Virus record (IMG/VR): IMGVR_UViG_3300030059_002959
Span: 1-27,240 of that record
Reading direction: 5' to 3' (one strand)
Length of the DNA: 27,240 bases
From: a virus
Lineage: Duplodnaviria; Caudoviricetes
Below are positions 9,890 through 17,328 of the stretch, one piece after another (position 1 is the stretch's first letter; each line of letters starts with the position of its first letter). The position numbers were made by a program, and so were the translations under genes. A model generated the notes under the pieces. It was given only the letters and a program-made list of their open reading frames with translations, was not told the origin of the DNA and made no database searches.

Positions 9890-10393
9890 TTATAAATTTA
9901 ATTTTGCATAATTTGTTACCTTTGTCCAATAATGAGAAGTTGCAGTTTTTTTATAACCTCTAGGACCACCATTCCAATTCCTAGCCATTTTTTCAAATGA
10001 ACTATTTAAGTGATAAGCATCTGCCCAGATATTAAACATCTCAATTGATTTGTCTCCATCTTTCCTGTCACTATTTTTAAATCTTTTATCTAATCCTTGT
10101 TTTCTAAGAATACGATTTACTTCTCTAACCATAATAGGCCTAATTTGCAAAAGACCAACCGATGGCATTGGTAAATTAATATCTCCAATTGTTGCAGGAT
10201 TACCACCACTCTCCACCCATGCCATGGCAGTTATCAGTTCTTCTCGATTATCTAGCTTTCCATTAATAAGGTTAACTTCTGGTTCTATAATATCAATAAC
10301 AGTATTATCTATAACCTCTATAACCTCTTGTTTAATACTCTCGGATCCTGTTAATGATAAGAGTAGTGTTGGTATTAATAAAATATTTTTCAT
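9890..10393 (-). CDS. Lysozyme-like/lytic transglycosylase-fold protein (destabilase/i-type-like) with N-terminal signal sequence
   Basis: Catalytic VESGG, GLLQI, ARNWNGGP, YW; hydrophobic N-terminus. Confidence 0.75.
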   Translation of the reverse strand: MKNILLIPTLLLSLTGSESIKQEVIEVIDNTVIDIIEPEVNLINGKLDNREELITAMAWVESGGNPATIGDINLPMPSVGLLQIRPIMVREVNRILRKQGLDKRFKNSDRKDGDKSIEMFNIWADAYHLNSSFEKMARNWNGGPRGYKKTATSHYWTKVTNYAKLNL

Positions 10394-10947
10394 TATCTAT
10401 ATACTTTTGAATTTTTCCAATTTCTAAATGCATGAGTTACTTCCTCATCTAATTTTTCTTCCTCGATATAAACTTCTTCTTTAATAGGTAATGGCAACAA
10501 GGTTTTAATTATAGTGTTAAGATTAAAAGTATGTTTAGCATTAATTAATTTACTCTCATATTGATTTTGTACAAATAGTAAAGCTTTATCACGTTCTTCT
10601 AAATCAATAAATATGCCTACTCTTTTTAATGCACTCTGGTAATCATCTTCAGTTGGTACACGCCAAACACTAACTTTACCTAATGCTTTATAATCTGTAG
10701 CTCCGCCACTGCTACCTTTCATACCAGACATAATACCAAAACCACTTCGCTTTGCAAGCTTATTTATTTTATCAGCAGATTCTTTATCCATGATCTGGAT
10801 TGTATTTCCAGTTTTATGATATATTACATCTACACAGCTTACTGCCTCTGCTGTTGAGCAATCAACACAAACCTTAGTATCAGGTAAAATTTTTATTCTA
10901 CCTTCAGGAATTACTTCTTTACATTTAGTACAATTCATTATCTGCAT
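10393..10947 (-). CDS. Protein with N-terminal DksA/TraR-type C4 zinc finger
   Basis: CTKC-KEVIPEGRIKILPDTKV-CVDC matches the TraR/DksA finger spacing. Confidence 0.7.
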   Translation of the reverse strand: MQIMNCTKCKEVIPEGRIKILPDTKVCVDCSTAEAVSCVDVIYHKTGNTIQIMDKESADKINKLAKRSGFGIMSGMKGSSGGATDYKALGKVSVWRVPTEDDYQSALKRVGIFIDLEERDKALLFVQNQYESKLINAKHTFNLNTIIKTLLPLPIKEEVYIEEEKLDEEVTHAFRNWKNSKVYR

Positions 10948-10964
10948 TTAACAATGTTAACAAT

Positions 10965-11144
10965 TTATTTTTTAGTTATTAATTCTAAGTTGTTGCCGTC
11001 AAACTTAATTCCAACTACTTCTTTACCATCTTCAGATGATTCAACCTTTTTAATGAATTTATTTAAATCAAATGATCTAAATATTAAACCACCTTCTGCT
11101 TCTCCATCAAATCCATCTTTCCAAAATACTTCTTTCTCAAACAT
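10965..11144 (-). CDS. Small hypothetical protein (59 aa, not in ORF track)
   Basis: MFEKEVFWKDGFDGEAEGGLIFRSFDLNKF...LELITKK*; fills the gap on the coding strand. Confidence 0.65.
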   Translation of the reverse strand: MFEKEVFWKDGFDGEAEGGLIFRSFDLNKFIKKVESSEDGKEVVGIKFDGNNLELITKK

Positions 11145-11160
11145 AACTTTTTATTTTTAA

Positions 11161-11616
11161 TTAATTTTGAAACTCAACAGTTGAGTTAACTAACATTCCG
11201 TATGCTGGATCTGCCCACGTTTTAGAACCGAGGGTTTTCCAATGATCATAGTCAGCCATTGCAGGGAAGCTAGAATGAATATCTCCTACTGTTAAATTTT
11301 CTAAGATTTCTTTATCAACTATATAGAATTTACCACCTTTCATTGCAAGAGCAGTTAGATAAGTACCATATTCATTTTTAAGTTGTATAGTATGTAACCT
11401 ATTTGTTTTATAACCTGTAACAATATGGCTTAACTTAGACTTTCCTGTGGATACAGTAAAAAATCCAGCTTGGCATTTTGTAATAACTTGATAGTCATAT
11501 TCCTTACCCCAGCATAATCCGTGCTTATGAGCATGGAATTTGTATTGCTTACCTTTTACTTGTTGAGTGATTGAGAATCCTGTTGTTCCAATCGCGTTGT
11601 GTTCTGTAATTTGCAT
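11161..11616 (-). CDS. Hypothetical early protein
   Basis: 151 aa, directly downstream of cassette copy 2. Confidence 0.7.
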   Translation of the reverse strand: MQITEHNAIGTTGFSITQQVKGKQYKFHAHKHGLCWGKEYDYQVITKCQAGFFTVSTGKSKLSHIVTGYKTNRLHTIQLKNEYGTYLTALAMKGGKFYIVDKEILENLTVGDIHSSFPAMADYDHWKTLGSKTWADPAYGMLVNSTVEFQN

Positions 11617-11622
11617 AATTAT

Positions 11623-11712
11623 TTCCGTTTTATTATTATAATATAAATATAATCAATTTTTAAGGAAACCAGCCATACTTCTCTAATTATTTTCAAAAAG
11701 TTATTAACAATT
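11623..11712 (-). promoter_or_regulatory. Early-promoter cassette, copy 2
   Basis: Same boxes as copy 1; 54-nt core differs from copy 7 at 2 positions. Confidence 0.75.
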
Positions 11713-12293
11713 TAAAAATCACCAGGTGCTACTTGAAAACAGCTTAATCCATTATCTCTCCACATATTTACTACTTTTGTTCTATCATCAAATACACAGA
11801 GTATACGATCTTTCTTATCACCAGGAAATATATCATCTAACCAACCTTTCTTTAGCTTATCATCTGGCATAAATGCCCAAGGATGGCCAGTCGGTCTCAT
11901 CTTCATTATATTAAATGGAACATTATGTTTATCTAACCATGCAGCTGTTGCATCTTTAGTGGCTTTACTTCGACCAGAAAATATAACAATTGTAAATCCT
12001 TGAGCATCTAAAGTTCTTGCCATTTCAATAACTGAATCATTAGGCAAATCTAATTTAATATTATCAGGATCAAAAAATGTATCCCAATCCATTTTGCCAT
12101 TTGATTTAGTTGCAAGTTTTCTCCTATCGTCAATAAGAGCAAGTGTACCGTCTAGGTCAAATATTACTACGTCTTTTTTCATATCTTTTGTTTTAATTGG
12201 TTGTGCATACCATAAAGGGTTTGGAAGTTCGGAATAATGATCCCATAACTTTTCTTCTAAAACATTAATGGTTATGTCGTTATCTAAATCCAT
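11712..12293 (-). CDS. HAD-family polynucleotide 3'-phosphatase (T4 PseT C-terminal-like); domain probably starts at Met 12182
   Basis: FDLDGTL, FSGR, MRP...D...K, VFDDR...MWR..G..CFQVA.GDF. Confidence 0.85.
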   Translation of the reverse strand: MDLDNDITINVLEEKLWDHYSELPNPLWYAQPIKTKDMKKDVVIFDLDGTLALIDDRRKLATKSNGKMDWDTFFDPDNIKLDLPNDSVIEMARTLDAQGFTIVIFSGRSKATKDATAAWLDKHNVPFNIMKMRPTGHPWAFMPDDKLKKGWLDDIFPGDKKDRILCVFDDRTKVVNMWRDNGLSCFQVAPGDF

Positions 12294-12397
12294 TTTGTTA
12301 TTGTGAACAATAAAATTGTTGTATATAGGCAGATTGCAAAAATAATTACAATATCTACTGAATCAATTTTCTTTAAGTAATTTTTTATTGCTTTCAT
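12284..12397 (-). CDS. Small single-TM protein (37 aa, not in ORF track)
   Basis: MKAIKNYLKKIDSVDIVIIFAICLYTTILLFTITKWI*. Confidence 0.5.
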   Translation of the reverse strand: MKAIKNYLKKIDSVDIVIIFAICLYTTILLFTITKWI

Positions 12398-12398
12398 A

Positions 12399-12800
12399 TT
12401 ATTCTGATTCGTTAGCCCATTCATTATCTAATTCTTTAGAACATTGAATAGTAAGTTCATTTAATTTTTCTAATGTACCTTCAAATCCAGGAATGTCATT
12501 CGGTGCATATTTACCTTCGTTGTTGAATTGATCTTTTATTTCTTTAGTAAGTTCTGCTACAGAAATTTCTTCATCTCCTATAAAATCAACTTCATGGTCT
12601 TTGTATTCATATTTGCAATGTATATTAGATTTTGCAGATATTAGGTTTGAACAAACCTCTTTTAGATTATCACAGTACATAATCATATCACCTTCAATAT
12701 CTTTGATGATAAATGTTTGTCCACCTTTTGGTTTCCAATGTGGAGTTTGAGAGTCCGAGTAATTTTCGTAGTACTGAGTTGCGATTCTTAATGTTGCCAT
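12399..12800 (-). CDS. Hypothetical early protein
   Basis: 133 aa, downstream of cassette copy 3. Confidence 0.7.
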   Translation of the reverse strand: MATLRIATQYYENYSDSQTPHWKPKGGQTFIIKDIEGDMIMYCDNLKEVCSNLISAKSNIHCKYEYKDHEVDFIGDEEISVAELTKEIKDQFNNEGKYAPNDIPGFEGTLEKLNELTIQCSKELDNEWANESE

Positions 12801-12802
12801 AG

Positions 12803-12899
12803 TTCCGTTTTTGTTTTAATTATTATAATATAAATATAATCAATTAAATGGGATTCTGAACTATAAATTCACGTTATTTTCAAAAAGTTATTAACAATT
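12803..12899 (-). promoter_or_regulatory. Early-promoter cassette, copy 3
   Basis: AATTGTTAATAACTTTT...TTTATAGTTCAG...AATTGATTATATTTATA...AAACGGAACT-ATG. Confidence 0.75.
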
Positions 12900-13088
12900 T
12901 TAAAACTTCTTATTAATCTTTTGTTGGTAGATAGCTTTTAATTTTTGCTTTCTTTTAGCCGCAGATGGCTTAGTGAATTCTTTTCTACTTCTAATCTCTT
13001 TAAGGAGCTGAGTTTCTCTAACTTTTCTTTTGTATTGTTTTAATACCTTGTCAATTGAATCTCGTTCTCCTTTTTTGATTATTAGCAT
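12900..13088 (-). CDS. rpsU: Phage-encoded ribosomal protein bS21
   Basis: MLII...SIDKVLKQYKRK...LLKEIRSRKEFTKPSAAKR...KAIY; Bacteroidota-type. Confidence 0.92.
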   Translation of the reverse strand: MLIIKKGERDSIDKVLKQYKRKVRETQLLKEIRSRKEFTKPSAAKRKQKLKAIYQQKINKKF

Positions 13089-13120
13089 ATAAGTTTTTGT
13101 TTTGTTATTTATTTAATGGG

Positions 13121-13194
13121 TGAACCAGAAAGGATTCGAACCTTTGACCGTTGCCTTAGAAGGGCAATGCTCTATCCAGCTGAGCTACTGGTCC
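13121..13194 (-). tRNA. tRNA-Arg(TCT)
   Basis: GGACCAG/CTGGTTC acceptor, TAGCTCAGCTGGATAGAGC D-arm, TTGCC-CTTCTAA-GGCAA anticodon arm, GGTTCGAATCC T-arm. Confidence 0.95.
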
Positions 13195-13199
13195 AATTA

Positions 13200-13331
13200 T
13201 TAATTATTGAATAAAAGCAAATATAAAAACATTAAGAATATTCCTATAATTGAAATACTTGCACCAATGTACGATGCTCTTACTTGATTCTTTGTTTTAC
13301 CTTGTCTATATTTGTCGTCTTCTTTAGTCAT
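13200..13331 (-). CDS. Small C-terminally anchored membrane protein (43 aa, not in ORF track)
   Basis: MTKEDDKYRQGKTKNQVRASYIGASISIIGIFLMFLYLLLFNN*. Confidence 0.55.
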   Translation of the reverse strand: MTKEDDKYRQGKTKNQVRASYIGASISIIGIFLMFLYLLLFNN

Positions 13332-13341
13332 ATTATTTAAT

Positions 13342-13569
13342 TTATGATGGGTTATTAGAACAGTCAAAAATAAATCTTAATATTCCATCGGTTTCACTGT
13401 CGTTACAATCCTTGTAACTCATACCTAGTTTATTCTTTAGTCTTTCAAATACATGTGCATGAGAATTTCTGCCTTTTGGATGCATATGATGATCTGGGAG
13501 TTTACCTTTAAGTATATCACCAGCTTTTATTGCAGCCTTATAAATAAGCTTTGAGTTTTCTGGTGACAT
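13342..13569 (-). CDS. Hypothetical protein
   Basis: 75 aa, LPDHHMHPKGRNSHAH motif. Confidence 0.65.
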   Translation of the reverse strand: MSPENSKLIYKAAIKAGDILKGKLPDHHMHPKGRNSHAHVFERLKNKLGMSYKDCNDSETDGILRFIFDCSNNPS

Positions 13570-13570
13570 A

Positions 13571-14002
13571 TTATTTAATTAAGCTAATACTAAAAGTATC
13601 ACCTTGTCCAATTGTATCTAAAATATCTAATCCTTCTGTTACTTTACCAAATGCAGTATGAACTCCATCTAAATGTTGAGTACCTTGACGGTTATGGCAA
13701 ATAAAGAATTGTGAACTTCCTGTGTTAGGTCCTGCATGAGCCATTGATAATGTTCCTCTGTCATGCATTTGTTTTGCAGCTCCATTATGCTCACACATTA
13801 TAGTAGTTCCTGATCCACCTTGCCCAGTACCCTGTGGACAACCACCTTGTATCATAAAGTTTGGTATCACTCTGTGGAATTTCATTGAATTATAAAACCC
13901 TTCAGATATTAATTTTATAAAATTAGCAACAGTCTTAGGTGTTGCATCGTTAAATAATTCGGCAACCATGTTACCTTTACTTGTTTTAATTTTTACTTTC
14001 AT
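13571..14002 (-). CDS. Cyclophilin-type peptidyl-prolyl cis-trans isomerase
   Basis: FHRVIPNFMIQGG, RGTLSMAHAG, GSSQFFI, HLDGVHTAFGKV. Confidence 0.95.
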   Translation of the reverse strand: MKVKIKTSKGNMVAELFNDATPKTVANFIKLISEGFYNSMKFHRVIPNFMIQGGCPQGTGQGGSGTTIMCEHNGAAKQMHDRGTLSMAHAGPNTGSSQFFICHNRQGTQHLDGVHTAFGKVTEGLDILDTIGQGDTFSISLIK

Positions 14003-14017
14003 TTTTATAATTTTTAA

Positions 14018-14242
14018 TTAACTTAAATTTCCTGCTTCCCACTCTTCATGTATGATTTTCATGATTCCACCGTTGGTATTAGCTTCTTCCCATCCACCAC
14101 CATCAGTAAATTCAAAAAATGTTACACCTTTACTAGTTTCGGCAACCCTACAGATTACTGTTTCTCCGTCTATCTCTAAAGTATATTCATTTGTGGTTGC
14201 CCACCAAATTTCTCTGTCCTCTACAACTCTTATTTCTGCCAT
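14018..14242 (-). CDS. Hypothetical acidic protein
   Basis: 74-aa ORF in the operon. Confidence 0.6.
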   Translation of the reverse strand: MAEIRVVEDREIWWATTNEYTLEIDGETVICRVAETSKGVTFFEFTDGGGWEEANTNGGIMKIIHEEWEAGNLS

Positions 14243-14244
14243 AT

Positions 14245-14502
14245 CTATATTTTAGTTAACAATTTATGATCTACCTGTAAGTCATAGTATGAATCCATTC
14301 CTTTAGGTACTGTTTTTCTATCATCTGGTCTAACTTGGAATGTACGATGCTGTCCGCTGGAGCTTATTACTGTTCCAGTTCTTTCTGTGTTTCTAAATAC
14401 TGGGAGTATTTCGCCTTTTCTATCAGTTTTACCTTCAGGGTGAGGGACTGACATCATATTATGAGTCCATTTTACTTTATCGCCATTTTTAATCTCTGCC
14501 AT
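14245..14502 (-). CDS. Hypothetical protein (SH3-like beta pattern)
   Basis: IKNGDKVKW...GTVI; 85 aa. Confidence 0.6.
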   Translation of the reverse strand: MAEIKNGDKVKWTHNMMSVPHPEGKTDRKGEILPVFRNTERTGTVISSSGQHRTFQVRPDDRKTVPKGMDSYYDLQVDHKLLTKI

Positions 14503-14520
14503 GTTATTTTTTTTAGTTGT

Positions 14521-14561
14521 TATTTAATATAATTATAAACTATTGTCATTACTTCTGAAAG
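14521..14561 (-). promoter_or_regulatory. Second promoter class CTTTCAG-N17-TATAATTATATTAAATA (also 16532-16572; degenerate at 26262-26302)
   Basis: Same boxes with identical 17-nt spacing in three regions upstream of starts. Confidence 0.6.
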
Positions 14562-14568
14562 TCTTTAA

Positions 14569-14742
14569 TCATTTCTTTTTTACAAACACCCATAAAGCTA
14601 AATAAACACATAATGCAGCAGGTATAACAAATAAGAATGCTACTCTCCATAAAATTGAAGGTATTCCTGACCATTCTCCTAGTCCTTTACATACTCCACC
14701 AATATATCCTTTTCCTCTATATAGTTTTTTATTCATTATCAT
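14569..14742 (-). CDS. Stand-alone PspC-domain membrane protein (57 aa, not in ORF track)
   Basis: MIMNKKLYRGKGYIGGVCKGLGEWSGIPSILWRVAFLFVIPAALCVYLALWVFVKKK*; matches the PspC pattern KLYR..GGVC.GL.E..GI...R..F...Y..LW. Confidence 0.8.
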   Translation of the reverse strand: MIMNKKLYRGKGYIGGVCKGLGEWSGIPSILWRVAFLFVIPAALCVYLALWVFVKKK

Positions 14743-14745
14743 ATT

Positions 14746-15003
14746 TTAAAATTCCATATCTAACGCCACTGCGCTACGATGTTTTTCTGGGCAATTATAT
14801 TTAATTAAAAATTCTAGCATTTTACTACGACTACCACCATTTACTGTTGTTGACCATTGCTCTATTACAGTTTCTTCTTCATTCTTAGTTTCAATGATGT
14901 CATACCAATAACCTAGTATATGATCAAAGCCCCAATTTATATCAACATGGACATGTACCTCATCAGATTCTATACCATGCATTCTTGAATTATATCTACT
15001 CAT
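14746..15003 (-). CDS. Hypothetical protein
   Basis: 85 aa; WGFDH.LGYWYD motif. Confidence 0.65.
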   Translation of the reverse strand: MSRYNSRMHGIESDEVHVHVDINWGFDHILGYWYDIIETKNEEETVIEQWSTTVNGGSRSKMLEFLIKYNCPEKHRSAVALDMEF

Positions 15004-15007
15004 ATTA

Positions 15008-15196
15008 TTATCCTTTAAAGTATCCCATTAAAAATTTAGCTAAACAAAAGGGCCAACAAGTAATCCAAAATACTCTTTCCCAATTCTTTGTAATTGTTTT
15101 TTGTTCAAATTTACTCCAGTGCATTAAGTATTCTAGTGCAACAGAGAAACCTATTCCACATAACGTGTAAATTCCTACTATATCTAATATTTCCAT
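15008..15196 (-). CDS. Small 2-TM membrane protein
   Basis: Hydrophobic segments; NWER...CWP motif. Confidence 0.6.
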   Translation of the reverse strand: MEILDIVGIYTLCGIGFSVALEYLMHWSKFEQKTITKNWERVFWITCWPFCLAKFLMGYFKG

Positions 15197-15396
15197 TATT
15201 CTATTAATTTTAAATAAGCCATCTGATAAGCTGATACTTTATCTAAATCTGGATCATCTTTAATAAAAGCTTCTGCTGTAGCTTGAACTTGAGATCTAAG
15301 ATTATAAGCATTTGCTTCTGTCAGGATCTCTTCTATTTGTATCTTATTATTTTCTTCATTGATTTGCCAATCCCATTCTCGTCCGTATTGCATCAT
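15196..15396 (-). CDS. Hypothetical protein
   Basis: 66 aa; TAATG coupling to the downstream gene. Confidence 0.6.
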   Translation of the reverse strand: MMQYGREWDWQINEENNKIQIEEILTEANAYNLRSQVQATAEAFIKDDPDLDKVSAYQMAYLKLIE

Positions 15397-15527
15397 AGTG
15401 AATTCCTTTTATACATTTCTATATCTTCTATTATATAATTTAAAAATAATATTCCTTTATCTTTGTCATTATCTTTTATAAACTGGATAGCTTCTTTCAT
15501 ACGATTAATAATTTCAACTCCACTCAT
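15393..15527 (-). CDS. Small hypothetical protein (44 aa, not in ORF track)
   Basis: MSGVEIINRMKEAIQFIKDNDKDKGILFLNYIIEDIEMYKRNSL*; ATGA overlap with the next gene. Confidence 0.5.
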   Translation of the reverse strand: MSGVEIINRMKEAIQFIKDNDKDKGILFLNYIIEDIEMYKRNSL

Positions 15528-15528
15528 C

Positions 15529-15708
15529 TTAGTTATTATTATCTCTGGTTCCTGCACCCACCCCAAGTATAATAAGCAAACAAGCTATTACAATTTGACC
15601 AGGGAATGTGGCACCACCTTGACTAATAGACCATGTTAGCAAACACATGCCCACTAACATTAATCCTAGCCACCATTCTTCTTTTATAAATTTCAATAAT
15701 TCTTTCAT
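15529..15708 (-). CDS. Small 2-TM membrane protein (59 aa, not in ORF track)
   Basis: MKELLKFIKEEWWLGLMLVGMCLLTWSISQGGATFPGQIVIACLLIILGVGAGTRDNNN*. Confidence 0.55.
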   Translation of the reverse strand: MKELLKFIKEEWWLGLMLVGMCLLTWSISQGGATFPGQIVIACLLIILGVGAGTRDNNN

Positions 15709-15800
15709 ATTTTTTTATTCTTTTATTTATTATTAGTTCTTGCATTCTTGATAGGGCGGTCGCACATCCGTCGCACATTTTCTATCTGAGGGCATAGTAG

Positions 15801-15935
15801 TTAGAAGTATACTGCAATTGAATGGTAAATCGCATACCCTACTGCAAGGAGCACAAAAGACCCCAAAGTAAATACCACTGTATACAGAAGAGCGTTTAAA
15901 CAACCTTGACAAAATTTAATTATATTACTTCTCAT
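15801..15935 (-). CDS. Small single-TM protein (44 aa, not in ORF track)
   Basis: MRSNIIKFCQGCLNALLYTVVFTLGSFVLLAVGYAIYHSIAVYF*; overlaps the upstream stop. Confidence 0.45.
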   Translation of the reverse strand: MRSNIIKFCQGCLNALLYTVVFTLGSFVLLAVGYAIYHSIAVYF

Positions 15936-16293
15936 TTTTAAAAACGTTTTTTAATTTAGCAACTACTACTTTAGGATCAACCAATTGTTCATCAATCCAT
16001 ACAGGTAGATCTTCAACAGATTCGTAATCCTCTGAGTCTACATGAGCAATCGTAGGACAAGCTTTAGGAATAACAAACGCGGTGAACTCGGTACCCTTAC
16101 CAAACTCAGGTTGTTGCTCTCGCGCTTCCATGAAAGAACTATTAGCAAATCCGAGTGGCTGACAGTTACCATGTATAACAGCATTAAGTCCGTCTTCTCT
16201 ATAATTTCCACCAGAGGCGCCGCATTGGCAAGTCCTGGTAGTCTTATGGAGTCGGATTACATCTCGGCAAAAGTTACAGTATATTAGTTTCAT
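15925..16293 (-). CDS. Cys-rich putative zinc-binding protein
   Basis: CNFC.D......RTCQCG motif. Confidence 0.7.
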   Translation of the reverse strand: MKLIYCNFCRDVIRLHKTTRTCQCGASGGNYREDGLNAVIHGNCQPLGFANSSFMEAREQQPEFGKGTEFTAFVIPKACPTIAHVDSEDYESVEDLPVWIDEQLVDPKVVVAKLKNVFKNEK

Positions 16294-16297
16294 AAGT

Positions 16298-16519
16298 TTA
16301 GTATTCTTCTGTCGTATCAGTTTGGTCTATATCATAGTCTGACGTCTGAGCCAACCGGTTTTGTAGATGATGTACTTTTGCGTCATGTTCTGCTTGCTCT
16401 GCGCGGCTCTTACGCCATACTTCGGCTTCGATTGCGCTAACTACTTCTTCTTCACTTTTATTACCCTGTTGTAGGGCGAACATTTGTTGTTGTATAAATT
16501 GGACTGTTAGATAGCTCAT
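16298..16519 (-). CDS. Hypothetical protein
   Basis: 73 aa, downstream of a class-2 promoter. Confidence 0.6.
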   Translation of the reverse strand: MSYLTVQFIQQQMFALQQGNKSEEEVVSAIEAEVWRKSRAEQAEHDAKVHHLQNRLAQTSDYDIDQTDTTEEY

Positions 16520-16574
16520 GTTTAATTTCTTTATTTAATATAATTATAACAAGTACTCTAAGTAACTGAAAGAC

Positions 16575-17298
16575 GCAACACATATTATTTAGCTCATATT
16601 TTTTCAGGCCCAATTTTTTCTGGACTAGACTTTACGATATACTACATACTTTTAGACTAAGAGATCTGGACACTGCTCTTTTTCTGGACTAGAAAATTTT
16701 GAATACCGGAAAGTCATGACCATGGCTAACCTCTAGAAAGAGAAGCGAATTATACTATTTAAGAGAATTATACTCCGGAGATCATTATGACATTGCCTTA
16801 TGCTACCACAGGACTACCACTACTACAAGACTACTATAGACAACAAGAGACATGAGTTGCTTTACTACTACTAGAGTCCATACTACCTGTAGGGCTACGC
16901 TAGCGGGCTAAACCACCTGTCTAGACTGTACTAGGGCTAGAGATGATTGTGGTTAGTTTTAGTGCTTGTAGGGTTGTTTGTGGACATCTGCAGGCTAGTG
17001 AGGTCTGTGGCGTGCCCTACAGGACCACTAGGGTCTAGGGAGGATATTATCCGATATTGGAGGAAATAGAAGGTATCTAGTGTACTCTAAGGTGCTATAT
17101 AGGCTATATGGAGGCTATTAGATGATCTAGAAGGCTATATATGGGCTATATTAGGCTATATATGAGCTATATAGTGCTCTAGAGGGCCCAAAATAGTGTG
17201 TTATATAGGCCTTCTAGAGGGCTGCTCTAGAGGGAGTGTAAAATGGCCTATTCTAGAGTGAGTAATAACACCCTAAATAGACCTAGTAAAAACATCAT
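16575..17298. other. Non-coding island A: CTAG-rich, direct repeats, long imperfect hairpin, phased GCTATA array
   Basis: No ORF of 60 aa or more; about 18 CTAG by manual count; inverted repeat 16886-16895/17014-17023; 15-bp direct repeat at 16615 and 16679. Confidence 0.8.
17094..17258 (+). repeat. Array of GCTAT(A/T) at ~10-bp period, followed by four TCTAGAG
   Basis: GCTAT at 17094, 17103, 17114, 17134, 17145, 17155, 17166; TCTAGAG at 17178, 17213, 17226, 17252. Confidence 0.8.
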
Positions 17299-17328
17299 AA
17301 AAAAAGGCCCCTAATTAAAGGAGCCTTT
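17299..17328 (-). terminator. Rho-independent terminator downstream of the DUF932-like gene
   Basis: Minus strand AAAGGCTCCT-TTAATT-AGGGGCC-TTTTTTT (7-bp stem with one G-U, 7 U). Confidence 0.85.

Noticed and set aside
13121-13194. Suppressor tRNA, since the loop contains CTA
   Set aside because: The 7-nt loop CT-TCT-AA centres on TCT (Arg).
15733-15795. 20-codon ORF with tandem GTCGCACAT repeat
   Set aside because: Too short, only two copies; no support for a function.
16705-16802. RNase P RNA suggested by GGAAAGTC
   Set aside because: No matching 3' P4 strand (ACAGAA..CGGCTTA) found.
16575-17298. Hidden gene under TAG reassignment in the CTAG-rich island
   Set aside because: TAG acts as a normal stop elsewhere (e.g. 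6376-6378, 14245-14247), conserved genes have no internal TAG, and the ~10-bp repeat period is not codon-like.
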